64,000 nt of DNA from Sphaerodactylus townsendi (taxonomy: Eukaryota). Positions 46,589 through 58,000 of the stretch are shown here, piece after piece. Positions within the stretch are counted from its first letter, which is position 1, and each line of letters begins with the position of its first letter. The notes under the pieces are model-generated. The model was not told where the DNA came from and ran no database searches. It saw only the letters and a program-made list of their open reading frames with translations. The DNA lies in NCBI RefSeq assembly GCF_021028975.2, contig NC_059437.1, positions 58,094,001-58,158,000 on the forward strand, given 5' to 3'. Made by a program: the position numbers and the translations under genes.

Positions 46589-49500
46589 CTGCAATCCAAA
46601 GAAAGAAAAGGCATGTTTATAGTGTACTTTCATTTATTTATTTTAAGCATATGTCCTTCCACAAGTTTGCCACAGGGTGGCAAACATTCAAAACATCACA
46701 ATTTGGAAATGGAAATATATTAAAAGCCATTTAAAAAATACAGCAAACACGAACATATAACTAGGAAGGAGCACCAACAGTGGAATGTCTAACCCAACAC
46801 CCACTGATGCGAAACTGTGGTGGAGAGAAACAGACAAATTTATCTGGTTTTAGGACGCTGCCTGTCTAACCTCCGACTGCAGAGGCAACCAGAGCAGGGC
46901 CTTCAGAAAGAGTGGAAGGGCAGGTTCACATTTAATCCAAACAGCAGCCAGCTCCAATGAAGCAGTTCAAATGCCTCTGGGAATTGGCCGCTCTGGCCAG
47001 GAGGCATTCCTTTAAAAACATACCCCTACATCTAATACGACTAGCTAAAATGTGTCCTGTCATAAGCATCCACAGCAGTAAGGCACAAAAAGACTAGAAA
47101 AATTGCTAGTAGATTGAATATTTCCAAGTCAGAGGCTCTCAGGAGTTTCTAAGAAACTGCTGCCTGAATTCCAAATAAGTCCTGTGAATGAAACATGGCA
47201 GGGGAGAGAACATCTGACAAGTGCTGCTTGGAACCCCAACTGAGGGCCCTGCTGCAGGCCATCTGCAACCAACCGTGGCACAAGAGAGGCAGGAGCCTAC
47301 CTTGATCAAAGGCCTGGGCCACATCTTTGGCCAGCTCCTCTTGTTTGGCTAGAAGGGAAAGAGATCGAGTTCAGGTTATGCAATATGGGATAATATGCGA
47401 AAAGCTTTATCCCTGGAATCCGGAGAAGCTCCCATCCCTGAAGACTTCCGGAAGATGGCCAATGCTCACAATCTTCAATCTTTTTTAAGAAAGGATCTAG
47501 GGGGGGACCCGGGAAATTACAGGCCAGTCAGTTTGACATCTGTTCCTGGTAAATTAGTAGAATCTATCATTAAAGATAAAATTATTAAACATGTAGAAAA
47601 GCAAGACCTGCTGAGGAAGAGCCAGCATGGCTTTTGCAGAGGCAAGTCCTGTCTTACAAACTTACTAGAGTTCTTTGAGGGTGTAAACAGGCATGTGGAC
47701 AGGGGGGGTGAAGGTGACGAAAGTGGGACACTTGGGTCTACTTGGATTTCCAAAAGGCTTTTGACAAAGTTCCTCACCAGAGACTGTTGAGAAAACTCAG
47801 CAATGAAAGAATAAGAGGGGAAGTCCTCCTATGGATTAAAAACTGGTTGAGGAACAGGAAACAAAGGGTGGGTATAAATGGGAAGTTCTCACAATGGAGA
47901 GATGTAGGGAGTGGTGTCCCCCAAGGATCCGTTTTGGGACCAGTGCTCTTTAACCTATTCATAAATGACCTGGAAGTAGGGGTGGGTAGCGTGGTGGCCA
48001 AATTTGCGGATGATACCAAATTAGGTAGGATGGTGGGAACCACAAAGGTTTGCGAAGAGCTCCAAGCGGACCTTGATAAATTAGGTGAGTGGGCTAAGAA
48101 ATGACAAATGCAGTTCAATGTAGCCAAATGTAAAGTGATGCACATAGGGGCAAAAAATCCAAACTTCACATACACGCTACAGGGGTCAGTGCTATCAGTC
48201 ACAGACCAGGAAAGGGATTTGGGCGTCTTAGTTGATAGTTCCATGGGAATGTCAACTCAATGCACGGCAGCTGTGAAAAAGGCAAACTCTATGCTGGGGA
48301 TAATTTGGAAAGGAGTTGATAATAAAACTGCAAGGATTGTCATGCCCTTATATAAAGCCGTGGTGCGACCGCACTTGGAGTACTGTGTTCAGTTCTGGTC
48401 GCCACATCTCAAAAAAGATATCGAAGAGATAGAAAAAGTGCAGAGAAGGGCAACGAGGATGATTGAGGGACTGGAGCACCTTCCCTATGAGGAGAGGCTG
48501 CAGCGTTTGGGACTCTTTAGTTTGGAGAGGAGGCGGCTGAGGGGGGATACGATTGAAGTCTATAAAATTATGCATGGGGTAGAAAATGTTGACAGAGAAA
48601 TTTTTCTCTCTTTCTCACAATACTAGAACCAGGGGGCATCCATTGAAAATGCTGGGGGGAAGAATTAGGACTAATAAAAGGAAACACTTCTTCCCGCAAC
48701 GTGTGATTGGTGTTTGGAATATGCTGCCCCAGGACGTGGTGATGGCCACTAACCTGGATAGCTTTAAAAAGGGCTTGGACAGATTGATGGAGGAGAAGTC
48801 GATCTCTGGCTACCAATCTTGATCCTCCTTGATCTGAGATTGCAAATGCCTTAACAGACCAGGTGCTCAGGAGCAGCAGCAGCAGCAGCAGAAGGCCATT
48901 GCTTTCACCTCCTGCATGTGAGCTCCCAAAGGCACCTGGTGGGCCACTGCAAGTAGCAGAGAGCTGGACTAGATGGACTCTGGTCTGATCCAGCTGGCTT
49001 GTTCTTATGTTCAGGTTGGTACTGGTTTAAACCTCTGCTCACACCAGCAGGCCAGCAATTTTTTGGGACAACACGTAGGGAGCTTTAAAGAAGACTGGAA
49101 CAGACGTACTTTGAAGATGAAAGAGGCAAGTGTGCTTTAACAAGCTGCAGCTCTCTTTGACAAGTAGGAGCATCTTGCTTCATTAGGAATGAAAACATTC
49201 TCTGATCACCTGACACTGTGACACTCGCTCCCTGCAGTGGCATCAGCTCACGCAGAGTTCTTTCCCGCTGGATCAGGCTGGTGAGGTCCATCTAGCCCAG
49301 CATCCTCTCATCTCACAGTGGCCAGTCAGTTCCTCTGGAAGTCCAGCAACAGGCTTTCCCGATACTGGCACTGGGATCCAGAGGTTGGCAGCTTCTGAAT
49401 GCACAGGTTCCCTTCAGTCTCCAGGGCTGGTAGCCACTGATAGACCTGCCCTCCGTGGATCTGCTTCGTGCCCCGTTAACCTGCCTAGCCTTGTGACCAT

Positions 49501-50722
49501 TAGTACTACCTGCTTTGGCATTCCACATTTAAAATAAATACGTGTTTCCTGTGGTCCATCTGCCGCCTGTTGCATTAGGTGCCCCAACCAGCCCTGCCTT
49601 CCTCTCCCGGATGCGCCCGACGCCAAACCTGCGATGTGGACTTCCAGCTCTGCCCTGGCGTCTTCCTGGTCTGTCGCTGCCAGTTTCTCGTTGATCTCCA
49701 TGATTTCTGAGAGGAACTCCGGGTCTGCCTCGCTGTCGGCCCCCGTCTGCAACTCCACCCCACGCAGCTGCAGCTGGACACGAAGAGGAACACGGCTGGG
49801 CTGAGAGCGGTGGGGCTGCCTCGTGGGGGGGGGGGGGGCGGACGACGGCGACACTCTCCCCAGGCAGGGGTCCAGGTGGGGGCTGGGGGGCCCTATGTGG
49901 CCGGGGGTGGGGGGACGCCGCTTACCGCCAGAGAGGAGCTGCTGCTGGAGCGCCTCCCCCCCGCCCGCCCGCCCCCTCCCTCGGTGCTCCCGGGGAAAGG
50001 GGGGCTCTGTCGGCCCTGGGGGGAGCGGGGCGGTGCTGCTGCGGGCCCGGAGGCGGCGGCGGCGGCAGCACCAAGGGCAGCTCCCAGGGCGGGCGGGCGG
50101 GCGCCGTTCCCTTTGGCTGACTCACCAGGTAGAGCCCGCGGCTGAGGGGGCGCCGGAGGGTGTCGTAGGCCTCGTTCACCAGCGCCGAGTGCTGCTCCGA
50201 GAACTCCCGCTCCGCCTGCAGCGGGAAAGGGGGGGGGGGGGGGGGGGGTCAGTGCCGGGAGGGAGGGAGGGGGGGCCACCTTCTCCTCCTCCTCCTCCCC
50301 CCCCGCCCCTCCCTCCCTCCCTCCCTACCTGGCTGCTTTGGCCGAAGCCGTCCGGGTGGAGGCGGCGCTGGAGGCTCCGGAAGCGCCGCTGCAGCTCGGC
50401 CTGGTCCAGCCGGAAGGTGCGGGGGCTGCGGGGAAGGGGCGGAAGCAGAGCGGGGGGGGTCACCGGGCCGGAGGGGGAGGGGGAAGGCAGCCCCCCCCCA
50501 CCCCCGGCCACCCCCCCCCACCCACCATCCGAGCAGGCGGAAGCAGTCGGCGCCGCGGTCCGGGGGCTGGAGGGCGCGGCAGGCCGGGCAGAAGCGGCAG
50601 GCGGCGGCGTCGTGGAGAGCCAGGCCGCAGCTCCAGCAGGCGCCCGAACCGCGCGCCCGGCAGCCGGCGGGGACCGCCCTCCAGAAGCCGCCCCGCCACC
50701 CCCGCCACCGCCACCGCCACAT
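46497..50722 (-). CDS. HSCB: Mitochondrial Fe-S cluster co-chaperone HscB (HSC20), 222 aa; join(50526..50722,50329..50425,50126..50215,49629..49773,47301..47348,46497..46588)
   Basis: Arg/Trp-rich presequence, CWSC and CPAC metal-binding motifs, J-domain HPD ([10 protein letters not shown]), NEAYDTL...[20 protein letters not shown]-terminal [11 protein letters not shown]. 669 nt, all GT-AG and in phase. Confidence 0.96.
47301..47348 (-). CDS. HSCB: HSCB exon 5
   Basis: [15 protein letters not shown]; 48 nt; TTCTAG| and |GTAGG. Confidence 0.93.
47378..49011 (+). mobile_element. Young 5'-truncated CR1 LINE (RT to 3' end) in HSCB intron 4
   Basis: [57 protein letters not shown]; candidate TSD GTTCAGGTT at 47369-47377 and 49009-49017. 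Confidence 0.93.
49629..49773 (-). CDS. HSCB: HSCB exon 4
   Basis: LQLRGVEL...[16 protein letters not shown]...HIA; 145 nt. Confidence 0.95.
50126..50215 (-). CDS. HSCB: HSCB exon 3
   Basis: [30 protein letters not shown]; 90 nt. Confidence 0.95.
50329..50425 (-). CDS. HSCB: HSCB exon 2 (HPD motif)
   Basis: [32 protein letters not shown]; 97 nt. Confidence 0.95.
50526..50722 (-). CDS. HSCB: HSCB exon 1
   Basis: [10 protein letters not shown]...CWSC...[11 protein letters not shown]...; 197 nt; donor TG|GTGGG. Confidence 0.9.
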
Positions 50723-50834
50723 GGCGCCGCCGCCGCCGCGCCTACAGCTCCCGGCAGCCCCTGGCGCGCCACGCCCCCTTCCCGGCGCCCCTCGCGCGCC
50801 GCGTGTGCCGAAAGCGCGGGAAGGCAGGGGCGCC

Positions 50835-51021
50835 ATGGCCGGGCGGGAGGAGGGGGCCGTCGCCTGCTCTTCCTCCTCCTCCTCCTCCTCGCTGAGCTCC
50901 CTGGAGACGCTGCCCGCGCAGGAGACGCCGCTGCTGCCGCCCATCGCCGAGGAGGAGGAGGAGCCCCCGCAGCCGCCCTGGGGCCGCCTCTTCGCCCTGG
51001 CCCCCGGGTTCCGCCCCTTCG
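50835..51021 (+). CDS. CHEK2: CHEK2 coding exon 1
   Basis: GCCATGG start; MAGREEG...[12 protein letters not shown]...[15 protein letters not shown]; 187 nt. Confidence 0.88.
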
Positions 51022-54000
51022 GTACGCCTCCCCGCGGTGGGGGTGGGGGGGAGGGAGGGAGGGAGGGGGGCGACACGTGCCCTCGGGCAACCTCCAGCCT
51101 CACCGGCGCTCCCGGCCCGGGGGCGGCGCCCGCAGCAGGCGAGGAGATGGACTGCCCCCCCCCCCCCCCCGCAGAGTGCGCGAGCGCGGAGTGCTGGTTC
51201 GGCAGAGACCCCGGCTGCGGCTACAGCTTCTGCGGGCCGGACCTGGCGCAGACGGAGCTCTACCGGCAGTACAGCAAGAGGCACTTCCGCCTCCTCAGGG
51301 TGAGCGCCGCGCGCAGGAGGGCCGCGCCTGTGGTGGGGGTGGGGGTGGGGGCGCGCGCCCGGCGCCTCTGGTGACCCGCCCTCTCTCCAAGGAACCCGGA
51401 CCCAGGAACTCCCACGTGGCGTACCTGGAGGACCACAGCGCCAATGGCACCTTCGTCAACGACCGTCTCGTCGGGAAGGGAAAGAGGCTGCCCTTGACGC
51501 ACAACGCCCACATCGCCCTGGCGCTGCCCCGGAACAAAGGTGAGGCTGCGCTTCCCTGATGCGCTCCCGTTATCAGTGCTCAACTAGTTTAACAAATAAA
51601 GTATAATGTCAAGGTATTCCTACCTCCTCCGTCACTCCCTTCCCTCCCTGGAACATACAATTGGAGACCCTTATGCTTGCTATATTAAAAACACCGGATA
51701 CATGTACAGGGAGCAATAACCTTCCCTCCTCCTTCCTCCCTCTCACTACAACCCCCTGTACTAACCCCCCCCCCCCGACAGATAATTATGGATGACTTAG
51801 AAGTTGCTCAAGTGTTCAGACCCCAACTGATCTGCAGCTGCTGAGTTCCTGAAATTATTGACACCCCCCCCCCTTGTAGTGGTGGCTGCTGGATTAGTGA
51901 AATGGGAGCCAGAGTGTCCATAACCACAAAGCTGCCCTCTTCATTTATTTTTCCAGTGTTTGTATTTTCTGACCTGACAGTGGACAGTCAGTTAGAGTAT
52001 CCCAAGGAGCTCAGAGAGAAATACATCATCTCAAAAACTTTGGGAAGGTAAGTGAGAGAGGTGTTCATTTTGCAGGATGCATTTTAGCAAGAGTTTGTTT
52101 TTCTTGCTACATTCCCTGTGTGGTGCAGTACGTAGCAAAGCAGTTCCAAAAGCATTTTTATTCTCTTTCATGGGGTTGACTGTGGAGGGCAAACCCATCC
52201 AATGGGCCACTGTGAGAGCACTGCTGGTCTGTTCCCAGGTAACATACCACCGGGGGTGGGGGGGCATGCCTCCCTCTGTGAGGTTCAGTCTGCACTCAGA
52301 GTGTGCTGGAGCCCCTGGCAACACCCACCATTCAGGCAGTGGTGCCTGATGATGTCCCTCTGAGGGGTAGATCCGTGTGCATCCAACCGCTGCCTGCTGG
52401 TGTAGCCCTTGTACCATTCCTGCCCGCCTCCCCACCCCGCAGCTGAGTGCCAGGGGTCAGGTAGAAAAGGCCCATCAGCAGCCTCAGTAGAGTCACATGG
52501 CAGGAGCCCTGGAGCCAGCACACTTCAGGGCGCCCCACTGACAAGTGCCTGAGCCTCAACTCGTAGCCAACTTGCTGCTTGCCAGGCGGAGGGCAGGGAG
52601 CAGAGCTCCCAGCAAAGGGGCTTCGCACACCCCTCCATAGCCTGCTTGGGAAGGGAGCTCTGATGCCCTCACCAGCTACGTGTGGCCAGCCTGAGAGCAT
52701 TGGACAGGTGGGCATGATCTGGCATTGCCAGGGCTGCAGGTTCAGTCCCCACACAGGAAGAGGCAAACCACGAAGCGGGGGATGGCATCACAGATGGGCT
52801 GCCCCAGACACTTTATTGGTTTCTTTAAAAGGTTTCTGTGCTCCTTTGCCACCCAGTTTAGCACATTCTGAGGTGGAGCAAGGCCAGCCAGAGAGGGGGG
52901 CAGCTCTAGGCCCTTTGCAGCAGGAGGGGGACAGAAGTGAGGTCCAGTGAATGGGCTTGCAAGTCAAGGGACAGGGTGCGAGCTGCGGGGGGTGGGGGGA
53001 TGCCACTAGTTGCCCCCCTTGCTTGCACACATGCGCACTGATGTCTTTGGCTGTGAGCAGTCTGCCTTGTTGAGATGGCCCCTGGGACAGGCGGAGGCAG
53101 CTGGATCCGGTCCAGGAGTCAGGCGTGGTGCTCTGGCTGCAGGAGTCATCTGACCCCTTGGGTGGTGAGCATCTGAGGAGTCAGGGTGTCTTTAAGCACT
53201 GCACACGCTGTGACTCTTGTGACCTCTCCCTCACTGTCTTTTGTGTGGCTCTGTTGTTGAAGATTTCTGCGTTCCCAGCGAGCTGTTCTTTATGTTTCCT
53301 GCCCCCCCCAGCACCTAGCAGGCCACCCTTGCTGCTCAGCCCCCTCTTCAATGCTATTGCCAGCTTCTCCCTTCGGCCCACTGCCCCCACCTCTGACACG
53401 CTGACCAGTTTGGTTCCATAAGGAGCATCCAAGCCAGGGCTGCTTTGATAACTATTGTGATGTGTAGTAGGAATCAAGACAATTACTCTCTCTTAGAAGA
53501 AGAAGAAGAAGAGTTTGGATTTATATCCCCCCTTTCTCTCCTGCAGGAGACTCAAAGGGGCTGACAATCTCCTTGCCCTTCCCCCCTCACAACAAACACT
53601 CTGTGAGGTGGGTGGGGCTGAGAGAGCTCCGAGAAGCTGTGACTAGCCCAAGGTCACCCAGCTGGCGTGTGTGGGAGTGTACAGGCTAAACTGAATTCCC
53701 CAGATAAGCCTCCACAGCTCAGGCGGCAGAGCTGGGAATCAAACCCGGTTCCTCCAGATTAGATACACGAGCTCTTAACCTCCTACGCCACTGCTGCTCT
53801 TAGAACAAATACAGGCATTATTCTACTGGCAAAACTCTAAAATACAGACTGAAGCACTAGGGTTGCCGGACAATAAAAAAAAAGAAACAGAAAGAGGACC
53901 GACTTAGGTTGAAACTTGCCAGTCCTGAGCCTCTCAACTTCCCTCCCCTCTGGAATGTTCAAACCAGTGCGTCCTTTGCACGGTCACACATTTATCCACA

Positions 54001-54982
54001 GAAGGAACAGTTCCTTTTCAGTCTGCCCTCCCCCATGCATGAAAGGGGGAGGGCTGGTCTTGCCTCATTTGGGCCTTGAGTTCTGACAGTAACATCCTGC
54101 CAGCACCTACTCAGCCCAATGGGGCGGGGGAGGAGAAGGAGAAGAGTTGGATTTATATCCCCCCTTTCTCCCTGTAAGGAGACCCAAAGGGGCTTACAAA
54201 CTCATTTTCCTTCCCTCCCTTTCACAACAAACACCCTGTGAGGTAGGTGGGGCTGAGAGAGCTCAGAAGAACGGTGACTAGCCCAAGGTTACCCAGCTGG
54301 TGTTGGTTGGAGAGTACAGGCTAATCTGAATTCCCCAGATAAGCCTCCACAGCTCAAGCAGCAGAGCAGGGAATCAAACCCGGTTCCTCCAGATTAGAGT
54401 ACACCTGCTCTTAACCACTACGCCACTGCTGCCCCTCGCATACCAAGGAGATCCAGGGTTTTAATTCCTGGTTGTGAACACCATGCCTGTCCTGGGCAGC
54501 TTCAGAGTGGCTGCCCCAGTAACTCCACCAGCATCAAGAAATCTCAGTCGTCTTTGGCTCTCATTCACGACCCCCCCAGATTTGATGAAACGTCCAATAA
54601 TGGCCGATGGGGAGTGCAGGAATTTTCACTGTCAGAAGGGGGATGCTGGACAGGTGGCTTTGAAGGTGTGTGAGAGCTGCTCGCACCTGCCCCTTTGCCT
54701 TTCCCTTCCTGGTTGGCCTGAGAGTAGCCAGGTGGCATTCTTTGTGGGGGAACTTAGTATGTCTTTTCTTCCAAAGATTCACCATCTAAAAAACCTTAAA
54801 TGTTTTGCTAGTGGCGCCTGTGGGGAGGTGAAGCTGGCATTTGAGAGGAGCACCTGTCGCAAAGTTGCCATCAAAATCATAAATAAGTCGAGGTTTATTA
54901 CAGATGCTTTGCCACAGATTGTAAGTATATACTAATTTATCATATATATTTATATACATACGTACATACATACATACATACA

Positions 54983-55014
<32 letters not shown>

Positions 55015-58000
55015 CTCACACACACTGAAATCTGTGGCTCCATCTGTGCAAACTTAAATCTGCACATTGGAGCCACAGAGGGAAAACAAATAGTTTTTCC
55101 TGCAAACTTGGACCCCACCAGGTTTGCAGAAAAGTCTGAAACTAAGGGCAGGAGGTCTGTAGGCACCAACAACACACCATTGCTCCTCCATTGACTGGCG
55201 GGGGCTGGGGGGGAGGAGCAAGAGTAGCAATTCTCCCTGGCCAAGAGGAACAAGCAAAAAGAGAACAAGGGAGGCAGCCATGGGAGAAATCAGGGCCTCT
55301 GTGCTCTCCCCCCCTGAAGTAAAGGTGCAAGCAGATGGGGAGGAGGAGGCATAGCTAGCTCCCCCCTTACCCCTGGACTGAAAATGCAAAGTCTGTTCCT
55401 GCGTTGACTTCCTGACTCTCAGGCACAGATTGGCAGTCACCGCCCAGAGCCCCTTGGGGATGGGGCGGTATATAAGTTCAAAAAATAAAATAAATAAATA
55501 AATAAATTGCCAGAGATGCCCCACAGCCAGTGCACGTGGACTCTCAACGCAGTGGTGTGCAGTTGGAGCCCAGCAGTCGATTGGAAACAAGAGGGAGCCC
55601 GTGACTGACAAAGAGCGGCAGACTCTGAGCGCCTGAGGCTGATGCTGCATTTGGTGCACTGACTGCAGCTGCCCAAGGGCAAAGTAGCCAGTCAGAAAGC
55701 ACTGGCAGATCCAAGAAAGCAAGGCACACTTCGGTGGACCAGCCCCTCCCCTACACAAAGGGCCTGTGGTTCCCCCCAATTAGGGAAATGAGCAGGCAAT
55801 AATAAGGGGGGGGGGGATAAAGATCAGTTTCCAGCTTGACATTGAAATTGCGCCTCTTTAGTGGCTCTAATTTGTTTTCGCTGGTGTGTCACCCTAGCCA
55901 AATGGAGCCCCTGTGAAGACTGGACAGGCCTGATTCCTGAGTGGTGTGAAGGCTCAGAAATTTTGGGTTCTTCTGGGTCTTCTGCTTTGAAATGTACCTC
56001 AGATCGCGTTGCCTTCTGCTCTGACTCCACGGGCGAGGGCTTCAGACTGGTCTTTGTGTGGTCTCAGCTTTCACACTGCTGCTCTCAGTGCTGCTCTTAG
56101 GTGGATGCGGCTGATCAGATGCTCTGCAAATAACTGGACGTTCTGCTTTTTGAAACCGGCAGGACAAGCCTTATAATGTGGAAACAGAAGTGGAGATTCT
56201 GAAGAAAGTTGACCATGTGAGTGTGTCCATAAAACTGTATCTACTTTGTTATTTGACTTTTGTTCGTCTCTTCCTCCTTATTGTCAATAAAGCCTTGGTT
56301 ATGGTTCTGAGAAATACTGTTTCAGTTTTCTTCTGTAAAAGTAATTGAAGAAGAGCTGATTTCATGCCCCACTTCTGTCTACCTCAGGGCGTCTCAAAGT
56401 GGCTGACAGTCACAGTCCCTCCTTCTCCCCTTGTGAGGTATGTGAGGCTGAGAGACTTCAGAGAACTGTGACTGTTCCAAGGTCATCCAGAGGCCCAGGA
56501 GTGGGGAACCCAACCTGATTCTCCTGATTAGAGTCCAGCTCTCTTAACGGTGACACCCTGCTGGCTCGCCAGTGATGCTTGGTTTACACAGCATAACGTG
56601 CCAGTTGTGTCCATGGTTCTTACGTTGGTGGTAACCTTTTCATTTGTATTGAGGTTAAGAACATGAGAAGAGTGCTGCTGGATCACACTCGGGGTTCATC
56701 TAATCCCGCATCCTGTTCTGCACACCAGCCAACCAGCTACCGTAGAGGCCAAACAAACAAGACACAGTTTCCCATATCCACTATAGACCTAAACAAGGAC
56801 ATTACCATATTGCCTGTCCAATTTTCAGTCCCTTCCTTCTTAATGTCTAGCCTGGAGTTGGCCTTTTTCACTGCTACCTCACATTTAGTGGACGTTTTCA
56901 TCAAGCTTTCTACTACAACCCCAAGGTTCAGCCAACATCATAATGTATCAAGGATTAGAATTTTTATTCCGATATGCATCACCTTCCACTGAACTCCACT
57001 TGCCTAGTTCAGAGAGGGATCCTCCTGTAGCTCTTTGTGGTTCACCTTGGGGTTTGTCATGCTGAATGATTTCCTATGATCTGCTAACCTGGCTACTTGT
57101 GAACAAATGAAATAGCACCAGTCCTTATGGGATCCCACTGCTTACTTCCCTCCACTGAGAGAACCGCCCAGGTATTGCTGCTTCCCGCTGTCACATTTTC
57201 TAATCTATAAAAGGGGTTGACCCCATGATTGCTGAGCTTAAGGGGAATCTTTGGTGAGGAGCCTTCTCAAAAGCTTTTTGGAAATCCAAGTAGAACACCC
57301 TTATCCACGTTCTTGCTCAAAGAACTCCAAAAAGTTGGTGCGTTCTTACAGAAGCCATCCTGAATTCCCCTCAGCAGGCCTCATTCCTCAGTATCCTTAT
57401 TAATTATTTAATAGTAGGTTCTGCTTATTTGCCTGGAAAGATGTAAGGCTAGTTGGCTTGTAAATCCCTGAATCTCATCTGGACTTCCTTTTTAAAAAAT
57501 TGGTGACATTTTCTCCTTTTCAGTCATTTTCTTTATTAAATTTAATAATCTGCCAGGGAGGCCAATTTTAGTGACAAGCTACATATTCTTGTTCACAGAT
57601 GAAGAGTTTCACATCTGAGCTACTTAAGAACCCTCAGGTATATGCCACTGGACCTGGAAGCTTATTAGTTTCCACTTTGCTCAGAGTTTGGTTGCATCAG
57701 TGTGTACAGACTTCCCTCTGTGATACACCTCTGAAGATGCCAGCCAAAGATGCAGGTGAAACGTTAGGAACAAGATCCACCAGACCACGGCCACACAGCC
57801 CGGAAAACCCACCAGAACCAATTAGTTGCCTCAATTTGACTCCGTTCTTCAGACATCCATGCCTAAAATAGTGGCCGTGGTGTGGATATATGCCTCACAT
57901 TTTTCACAAGTTCTCTGAAGAAAAGCTGCAAAAATGAAATCCATTTGTGGTTTCATCCCCTTGTCATTTTCTCTGAGGGTGACGTGGATCTCTTCCTGTC

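Larger units (their letters stand above)
49600..51560. promoter_or_regulatory. CpG island with the HSCB/CHEK2 bidirectional promoter (core 50723-50834)
   Basis: Extremely GC/CpG-rich; divergent start codons at 50722 (-) and 50835 (+). Confidence 0.9.

Noticed and set aside
47742-48822. Reverse-transcriptase ORFs as a host gene
   Set aside because: 5'-truncated CR1 with a stop codon and frameshifts.
49823-51559. 578-aa plus-strand ORF across HSCB and CHEK2
   Set aside because: GC-rich artefact; only its final part coincides with CHEK2 exon 3 and the rest has no recognisable domain.
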